DNA from: Paramoeba atlantica
Lineage: Eukaryota; Protista; Discosea
Assembly (NCBI GenBank): GCA_977017575.1
Contig: CDRNVI010000024.1
Coordinates: forward strand, 308,368-372,367
Reading direction: 5' to 3'
DNA length: 64,000 nt
Shown here in pieces: positions 56,394 to 64,000 of the stretch. A program made the translations under genes and the position numbers. The notes under the pieces are model-generated. The model searched no databases. It saw only the letters and a program-made list of their open reading frames with translations, and had not been told where the DNA came from. Each line of letters opens with the position of its first letter. The stretch's first letter is position 1.

Positions 56394-56619
56394 TATAACT
56401 GGATAACTTAATTTTACCCCCCCCATGCCCCCCTTCACCCCGAGAGGAAGACCCCCCTTGTTTCGCACGCCCGCTTTGTCGCCCTCCTCGCCCGCCCTGT
56501 CTGCCGCCCTCCTCGCCCGCCTGTCCAGAATCATCAACATCATGAAGAGTATTAGTGCGAAATTCCAATTTTTTACCCCTCTCCAGGTTCACTAGGTTCA
56601 CATCCATAAGTAATTATAA

Positions 56620-57100
56620 TTATAATTATATTTTTTTTGTCATCCCCCGAGCCCATTGGCGCACGCCCCTACGGTACCAGTTTTGTACCGCGGCATGCGC
56701 TATCTAGGCGTTCCCCTTTTGGATGGCTACCCCGATTGCCATAATAAAATGGCTGAGGCAACCATTCTTCTCGCCGGTGGCCTTCCGAGCGACCAGATTT
56801 AGAAACTGGAGGGTCTCGGGGCTGGGGACACCGTACGTGGTGAAGGCCAAAGGGAAGAAATCCATCTCCCTGGGCCCCGCCATTTCCTCGTGAGTGCGCC
56901 TTTTGAGACGCTCTGCCTGCCTCACGGTGAAGGAGGGCTCAGCTGCCTCCTTATCCACGTAGGACGGTGCCAGTGGGTTCACCACCGTCACGTCCACTAG
57001 GACTAGTTTCCGCCCCAAAAGGAAACAAATGTCCGGTCCCCGACCGGTATCGAGTCTAGGTTCGACTAGGCCTGGGGAGAATCCGTACTGGATTATACTG
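56620..57100 (-). pseudogene. C-terminal restriction-like endonuclease region of a CRE/SLACS-like non-LTR retroposon
   Basis: VEP...RGPDI...VDVTVVNP...FFPLAFTTYG...AIQKGNA, followed by an A8 / TAATTA-repeat tail near 56610-56640. Confidence 0.75.
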
Positions 57101-57139
57101 TACCCCCCCCGTTTATAATAGCATCGCTTTTGCCCAAAG

Positions 57140-57907
57140 AAACGCACAACGACTGCCTTTCGACATCTTCCTTCAACTAGCGGATACGTTAATCCTTACC
57201 TTTTCAGATACGCTATCATGTTTAGATTAGGCATCAAACCCCCTTCGTTGCCGGATCAAGTGAGTTGCTCTGGATGCGCTGCTCAGATAAAATCAGAGGA
57301 AATCCTTCACCACATTGTGGGTTGTACAAAGTGTTCTGGAATGAACGCTACACGAAAACACTCATCTCTAGTGCGCTTTCTAGCCGAACTTTGCTCAAAA
57401 GCAGGCCTCCAGTCCGTCATAGAACCTCGCACTTATTCATCCTTCTATTGTACCAAGTGCAAGGCACACGTCTCCGCTGATGCGATTGATAACCATCCGT
57501 GCCGCGCACGAAGAATAAGGTCAGGCCCCGACCTCGGAATTATGTGGCCCCATATGGGTGAAGTACTTTACGACCTCACAGTTGTCCACACCGGTAGCCC
57601 AAGCTATCGAAAAATGACAGAAGCTCAGCTCCTGCAAAATGCTATTGAGAGAAAGCAGAAGAAATACGTTGAGAAGGGGGGGATTGATGAAGACTTTTTT
57701 CGCTGCATCTCCATGACAGAAGGCGGTTTCTTACACAGCCATACGAAAAATCTCCTTTCCTGTCTAGCAAAGAAAGCCGAACTTAAAGTCCCTGAAGTAC
57801 TAGAAGCTTTTCAACTTGAGATTGAAAAGCTTAATGCATATACAATAGTTGCGCAACTGCGCGATTATCTACCCCGAGCATCGTGGCTGGGTTCACTGCA
57901 ATCGTAA
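57140..57907 (+). pseudogene. 5'-truncated CRE/SLACS-like non-LTR retroposon (zinc knuckle plus RLE)
   Basis: LFRYAIMFRLG, CSGC...HHIVGC, TRKHS, IEP, GPDL, YDLTV. No RT domain is left. Confidence 0.75.
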
Positions 57908-58062
57908 AGAATCCGTAAAGATTACGAATTGGTTACGAATTTTCATTAACTGAAAGAAGAAATGATGTTTTATTATATTATATTAAAGTTTAAACGTATG
58001 CGTCTGGCATACTCCAAATTCCTACAAATGCACCACAAATATTTCCATCCATGACCTTAAGA

Positions 58063-58273
58063 CCTAACAAAAGAAAGGGTCTTAACAAAAGAAAGGGTCT
58101 TAACAAAAGAAAGGGTCTTAACAAAAGAAAGGGTCTTAACAAAAGAAAGGGTCATTAACAAAAGAAAGGGTCTTAACAAAAGAAAGGGTCATTAACAAAA
58201 GAAAGGGTCTTAACAAAAGAAAGGGTCTTAACAAAAGAAAGGGTCTTAACAAAAGAAAGGGTCTTAACAAAAG
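58063..58273. repeat. Tandem array, 11 full units plus a partial unit of CTTAACAAAAGAAAGGGT
   Basis: Directly visible. Two units carry a 1-bp A insertion. Confidence 0.95.
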
Positions 58274-59452
58274 TTACTTAGTGTTCCCCTACTTGAACGA
58301 GGTGAAGATCCAATTCCCGCAGACTCCTCACTTTTAACAGTACAGAAATCCATACCTACAAACGCGACGCCCCGAATCAATGCCTCCTCCCAGTGCACAG
58401 CGGAATTTATATCCCCAGGCCGAGAAACCTGCTGAAACCAGTTCACACAACACGGAACGACACAGTGCTTTGCCGAGCCCAGCTCGGCTTGCAAAGCTAG
58501 GGAATCATTCCCTGGGAATGTTGCGGGGGCCGTGGGAAATACGATGCGGCCTCCTTGATGGCCAGGTCGCGCCGGCCACACAGAAAACAACAACACGAAA
58601 AGCGCAAGCGGTTACAACGGGTCTAGGAAACGATTCTTTGATCATCCGTCTGCTATTAAAACTCGAAACACTGGAGGTGACGAAACTACGAAAGAGAAAC
58701 GATTATATCCAACCGGGTCAGTGTCAAACCGAGGTACCGCCTAGAACGTGAGAGTAGTGCGGACCTGTTCACTCCTCAAGATAGAGGCACGTATCGCGGA
58801 AATCAAGTGACTATGAAACGTTAAGGTCGAGGTCACGTGGTATGAAAATACGCGTGGTCGCATTATGAGAGCGCGGTATGAGTCCCCTTGGACAATAACA
58901 AGGATCGCACCTCATCAACATTGTCGCATCGCATACGTACCCTTTCAAAGGTAAAACTTCGTTTGGTTCCCAGCGCTCTTTATCAGGGAAGCGATCGTCT
59001 TACAGCGATCGTCTACAGCGGTGTAGGAGAAAGAGGGATCAACAGCAAAAAAGCGACCCAGAGAAACTACTTTCTTCCACAATGAGCTCGTCACACAGCT
59101 CACGCACTCAACCTTCGCATGGGGAAGCACCTTTGAAGTCACGTTCCTCTCACGTGATGCGTTTCCCCTCCATACTTAAAGTTCAAAACGTGAATCTTTT
59201 CCTCATGATACTTTTAGCTCTACGTCACCTATTATATATCATTGATCTTGTACTATAATTGTGCTACTGTACCTAGTTACATGACATTGTAACTATTGCT
59301 CGAATTCTCCGCTTACTTCTCATCTTACTTTCTTTTGTATTAAACAACTTCAAAAAGAATCATTGACTACCAGTTAATTCTCGATTCTTCTAATCGAGGG
59401 AAGAGTGGTAGCTATGCAACCGCCTGAAAAAAATTAAACGTGACCCCCCTCT

Positions 59453-60793
59453 TCACTCATTTCCCACCACCACACGCTCCTCTGGCCTCACCCCTACATA
59501 CCTCCAATACGCCTCCAGCGACCGTTCGTTCCCGAGCCCATACTTCCCAATCTCCCGCAGCACCTCCTCCCGCCCCCCTCTCTCCATCTTCCCCTCCCAC
59601 TCCTCCCTCGTTTGGTTGACCTCCCGTACCCCTAACAAATACTGCAGCCGCAGTATCGACCTTCTCCTTTTCACCTTCCATTTCGGGTTTAAATAATCCC
59701 ACACCTTTGGGGCCTCTGTGCGGTACCCCACGTGGCACAGTGTCACCTCCCGCGGGCACACCAGGTGCCACCCCGCGGTCCAGGCCCGGATCCCATACAG
59801 CAGTGGTCCCCCCTCGAAGAGAAATCCCAAATAGGGATCCAACGGGACTTCCTTAAACAGAACCCCGGGAGCGAACAGCAGGGAACGACCCATAAATTTC
59901 TGTACCCGTAGCGGTTCGAAGTTTTCATTTGTTGTTATCCTTTGATTTGTTATTTTATTCTTATGATTTTTTTTATTACGCTTTACTTTTATGTTCTCTC
60001 GTATGGTACTATTGGTGGAGAGAAATCCAAAATCATTAAACGTGGCTTGATCCATACACAGCGGAGTAGAGGGGGGGAGTGGAGGGGAACAGGTGAGAGG
60101 GGAGACACCCGGCCGCACACGAATGGAGGGAGGGCGATGGGAGAGGATGACACGGGGGCCGAGGGTTTGGGAAGCTGAGTGGTACATTTTCAGTAGCGTG
60201 GTATCCCAGTGAGGGACAAACGTCGTGTGGGCGTCGACGTGTAAAACGTAGTCCTCCCCGCGGTAGAGGGCGCTGTGGAGAGTGGAAAGCGCCCAGGCAG
60301 GACCCTGGGCGTCCGCGGGGTCGAGGTATTTAAAACGTACCCGGGAGAAGGGGCAGAACGGGCCACGGGAGCACTGGGTGCGCCATACCGAGGGGACACA
60401 GGAGTCGTCGTCCTCGTAGGCTTGGATGAGAACCCCGACAGAGAGCCGGGAGGGGTTTTTGGCGTGCTGGAACAAACTTTGGAGCGTGGAGGAGCATGAG
60501 CCGTCGCGAAAGTTGGGTACTGCAACAAAAATGGTCGCAGTGTTCAAAGAAGGGGCGTCCGCGATGTTGGGTGATTTATCCGTTATGTTAAGTAAGCCAG
60601 CCGTATCGTACTCCACCTTTACAGCATCCTTTTGGTTCGAGGAGGTGTCCTGCGTAGGCCGAGCAGGATCCTCTATGTGATCAGGAATTTGTGAAATCTC
60701 ATCTGGGAAAGTAATCCAAATGAGTGCTAAAACGCTGAGTAAGACGGCAACGGTTCGGACTGTAAAAAGGGAGTTCCTTTGTACGCTTCTCAT
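59453..60793 (-). CDS. GT60-family GlcNAc transferase (type II membrane, Gnt1/TcOGNT-like)
   Basis: N-terminal TM, IFVAVPNFRD..C..TL.SLF, AQGP..A, YVLHVDAH..F..HWD, EVPLDP.L.FLFEG and R.WTAGW. Confidence 0.8.
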   Translation of the reverse strand: MRSVQRNSLFTVRTVAVLLSVLALIWITFPDEISQIPDHIEDPARPTQDTSSNQKDAVKVEYDTAGLLNITDKSPNIADAPSLNTATIFVAVPNFRDGSCSSTLQSLFQHAKNPSRLSVGVLIQAYEDDDSCVPSVWRTQCSRGPFCPFSRVRFKYLDPADAQGPAWALSTLHSALYRGEDYVLHVDAHTTFVPHWDTTLLKMYHSASQTLGPRVILSHRPPSIRVRPGVSPLTCSPPLPPSTPLCMDQATFNDFGFLSTNSTIRENIKVKRNKKNHKNKITNQRITTNENFEPLRVQKFMGRSLLFAPGVLFKEVPLDPYLGFLFEGGPLLYGIRAWTAGWHLVCPREVTLCHVGYRTEAPKVWDYLNPKWKVKRRRSILRLQYLLGVREVNQTREEWEGKMERGGREEVLREIGKYGLGNERSLEAYWRYVGVRPEERVVVGNE

Positions 60794-61145
60794 TCACTAA
60801 GTGTATAAGTCACGTTGCAGTCAGTCACGAAGACTTGAATTAAGACGAGGGAGCAAGAAGGGCATTTTAAGTATCCATCTTTAAAAATTTTGAAATCATA
60901 AAAGTACATGCACATGTAGATACGTAAAACCGTTCTTGGTAGCAGAAAGAATCAAAACACACATGACAAGGTCCCTCTTTAATACCTACACACATGTTAC
61001 CTACACACGTAAAACCTTAAAGGTCTTTACACTCCTTCAATAACACAGATGTACAAATGCAACAAATGTCAATAATTCAGTCCTTTAGAATCTAATACCT
61101 CCCTACGATAATTTCTCAACGTACAAATTTCCTCAAGTTCAATCC

Positions 61146-62170
61146 TCATCCCGAACCCTCCGACACCGACCGGAACTTCGGCTCATGCGTCATACGAAAA
61201 TTCGCCACCCGCGGGCGGATACACCTCAACAGAAACTCCAGCAACGCGCGCTCCTCACTTGGGTCACTCTTCGACGTGTACTGATGGTACACATTACACT
61301 CCACCCACTCCTTCTGCTGGTTCTGTTCCCACCGCCTTGCTCGCATAATACTACACCCCACAATTTCACAAGAAGGCGGTTTTAAACCCTGTTCTTTCCC
61401 GTTCCCTGTTTCCGTGATCTGCCTTTCCCCCTTTACCCGTTTCCCCATCTCCTCAGCACCCCCCTCCCCCCCACCCGCCACCTTTACTTCCCCCTCCCCC
61501 CTCCCTCCCCCCTTCTCCCCCCCACCCTCCACCTTTTCTTCCCCCTCCCCCTCCTCCGCATCTCCCCCACCCCCCTTTTCCTCCCCACGCCGCACCCCCT
61601 TCCCCCGCCCGTCCTCCCCACTGTCTCCCCCCGCTTCCTCTGCCCCCCCTTTCACCCCCTCTTCCTCTGCCCCCCCTTTCACCCCCCCTTCTCTTCCCTC
61701 CCCCCGGCGCACCACCCCCCCCACCACCGCGGCCGCCACCACCCCCACCACCGCGTCCGCGCACCCCAGGGCGAAGCACAGGGTGATGACGCGCCCGTTG
61801 TGGGCCCCGAGCGCGGGGTCGGACCAGGCCGGGGAGACCCCCGCGCGCATCACGCTGAGCTGGTGGAAGAGCGGGAGGGAGGAGGGGGTGGGGAGCGCGA
61901 GCAGGTTGGCGTAGAGCGCGGGGGGGGAGGTGAGGGGGGCGGGGTGGGCGCGGCGCGCGATCTTCTCCTGGGCGTGGTACTTGCCGTAGTGCGCAATGTC
62001 CGTGGGGGTGGGACGGGGGGCGTACCAGAGGAAGTAGCCGTGGTGGGGGGAGGGGGGCGTGGGGGGGGGAAGGGGGGGAGGACATGGACAAAAAAGGGGG
62101 GTGGGAAAGGAGGGGAGGAAAGAAAGGAATAAGGAATAAGGGAAGGGAAAGAAAAAAAGGAGGCACGCAT
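61146..62170 (-). CDS. Divergent eIF4E-like protein with a Gly/Glu-rich insertion; start frame-shifted
   Basis: The frame of the 61146-61853 ORF stays open upstream: HGYFLWY...LYANLLALPTPSSLP...SVMRAGVSPAWSD...GRVITL...EIVGCSIMRAR...MTH follows eIF4E motif order. The nearest ATG (62170) is in another frame across C-runs. Confidence 0.6.
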
Positions 62171-62334
62171 AACGGGGAGGGGAGGGCCTGAAGTGGGGTA
62201 CACAGTGTATGTATGTGGGTGTCTTAAGACATCGTGATCTAAAACGTGAGCCCGCACTCTGTAATGAAAAAAAGGTTCATGCCCTGTGTACAAGTTATTG
62301 CACAAAACAGTAGTGCACAAGAACAGAAATCGAC

Positions 62335-62790
62335 CTACTCCGCGCGAGTTGCTGTCTGTGAACCTTCTCCATAGGCGGATATGATCCGTTCCGACGCTTC
62401 ACCTAGAATTTGTGCGCATCGCGTATGAAAAATCATGAGATCTTCCTGTTGTGCTTGTTCCATTTTTTCCTTCGCGGACTTAAGTGAGCTGATGCACCGC
62501 CTGGCAGCCTCGCTAAGTCGAGAGCCTTCCATGCGCGTACTGTCGATTAGCGTTGCAACCTCAGTACACCAAGCTTGGAAACCATCTAGGAGGTCACTTT
62601 GCATTCGCTTGATTTCTTGAACTCTCGATTGAAGTTCGTTCTGCTTGGATGCCAAGGTTTTTGAGGCTACCTCTTCAATTGCCCGGATATCTTGAGTAGA
62701 AATACTCTTCACATCGTCACGAAGCTCCTCCAATTTGTGAGTTTTCTTCTTTTCCCATTCCTCCCAAAACTGATCAAATTTTGGTTCCAT
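62335..62790 (-). CDS. Hypothetical coiled-coil protein
   Basis: ATG-initiated 151-aa charged helical ORF on the host strand. Confidence 0.65.
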   Translation of the reverse strand: MEPKFDQFWEEWEKKKTHKLEELRDDVKSISTQDIRAIEEVASKTLASKQNELQSRVQEIKRMQSDLLDGFQAWCTEVATLIDSTRMEGSRLSEAARRCISSLKSAKEKMEQAQQEDLMIFHTRCAQILGEASERIISAYGEGSQTATRAE

Positions 62791-62849
62791 TATAGTTTAA
62801 TACAGTACAAAAAAGGTATTTTTCGATCCTAGTATTGATAATATTATAC

Positions 62850-62940
62850 CGGTGGTTGTACCTGTTCCTTGTAAGCTAACTTTATAACTACACGCTTTAC
62901 CCTCGATTATTGAAAAAAAAATGAACAAAAATAGTGAAAG
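62850..62940 (-). mobile_element. Family B copy 6 (3' end, hairpin with insertion), truncated by a Tc1 remnant
   Basis: CGGTGGTTGTA...TACCCTCGATTATTGAAAAAAAAATGAACAAAAATAGTGAAA matches copies 4 and 5. Confidence 0.6.
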
Positions 62941-62942
62941 TA

Positions 62943-63520
62943 CGCCCCCGCTCACGAGAAGTGGCCCCCCACTTTTTTTCGTACAAGTGTCCGTTTGAGC
63001 TGATTTTGTTGTATTGTGCATATCTCAACACAAAGACTTTGTGCGTGAAGAAACGAAACAAAAAGAAACGAATGCGTATATTTTAAAAAAGAATTACTTT
63101 TTTTTCACTTTTTCGCCCTTCAATTTCATACACTCGTTTAAAGAGTGCCTTAAAGACTTTAAGGCGAGAGTAAAAATTTAAGACTGTTTTGTCGATCACA
63201 TCCTGAGGCAAAGAAGACCACGCTTTCGTACACATCGGATGAGGGAAGGTTTATCCGATGGAGGCTGTTCGTCTACCCCACATTGGACCATGGACCTGAC
63301 GTTTTTGATAGGGGAAAGGTCTGACGAGTCAAGGCCAAAGTGTCTCGTAAATAATCGTCCCTTAATTCTCCATTTTTTCTAAGGCTCGGCGGATTGTCAA
63401 CACCAACGCACCACTTTTTTTCATAAAAAATATTTTTCTTGTCATTTCCAGTGCGCCACTTTTTCTTAAAAACTGTATTCTCATTTCCAATGCACCATCA
63501 ATTATTTAGCACCTAAATCG
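62943..63520 (-). mobile_element. Heavily decayed DD35E-family Tc1-like remnant
   Basis: The minus strand reads WP*..SDLSPIKNV...LPQDVIDKTVLNF..RLK. 62975-63080 is the reverse complement of the 10345-10460 subterminal block. TA lies at 62941-62942. Confidence 0.68.
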
Positions 63521-64000
63521 GCTGAAGTTCGGCGTAGAAATTGTGAAAAGTAAGCTAAAGAGAGGAAAACATGAAGATTATGCCCTCCGTCGCCTGTTTT
63601 AGCACCTCAAAAGACATTGCGAGAATGTAGAAATCGTTCTAGAACAAAGGCAAGAGAGTTAATTTTTCTTTTTTGCCAAAATAGGGCGATAATAAATGTT
63701 TTAAAAAAAGTGTGAAATAATGCTTCACTTTGACCAATGAACTGCGTAGTAGTACCAATGAACTGCGTAGTAGTAAAAGAAGCTAAGTAAGCAAAGGTAC
63801 GTGAGAAAGCTTGTAAAGTTAGTCTGTTAGTGTTGGAAATTTAATGACAAAAACCAACAAAAAAAAACCAACCACAATGACAATAAATTTGAGCATTTTG
63901 TAAAGGTGAATAAATTTTTGTCTAATAAAGTTTCATACTCAAATTTTACACTTGTACTACTCTGGGTAAGTTTTTATGTTGAAAGGAAAAAGGAACGATG

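Noticed and set aside
58063-58273. CRISPR-like array
   Set aside because: Units are contiguous with no unique spacers, no cas genes are present and the context is eukaryotic.
58530-58590. HDV-like ribozyme (GCC-TCCTTGAT-GGC resembles P3/L3), also at 7497-7525
   Set aside because: No complementary P1, P1.1 GG pair or J4/2 motif could be found by eye.

Overview
Eukaryotic nuclear DNA, most likely from a kinetoplastid-type protist (a Perkinsela-like lineage is plausible; this is inference, not a database result). About 20 intron-less host genes all lie on the minus strand, as in a polycistronic unit. They include dCMP deaminase, an ABCG transporter, an LRR protein, a ZZ/RING protein, CCT-gamma, a SPOUT methyltransferase, an RWD-EEP-2H-AEP-like fusion, kinesin, ThrRS, DUF789, a (PHDYPY)n repeat protein, Nup54, TFIIH p44, a GT60 GlcNAc transferase and a divergent eIF4E. 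Three AT-rich transposon islands interrupt the array (about 3.6-26.8 kb, 52.7-59.4 kb and 62.8-64 kb). They hold one apparently intact Tc1-like element (DD32E, 107-bp TIRs), several decayed DD35E Tc1-like copies, pogo-like and Merlin remnants, TA-flanked MITEs, CRE/SLACS-like retroposon ends, and a six-copy TIR-less element with covarying terminal hairpins. Six GC-rich islands in and around host genes all switch from C-rich to G-rich on the + strand and appear to remodel the encoded proteins. Several genes carry single indels at homopolymers, so assembly error is a standing caveat. All family calls come from motif recognition by eye.
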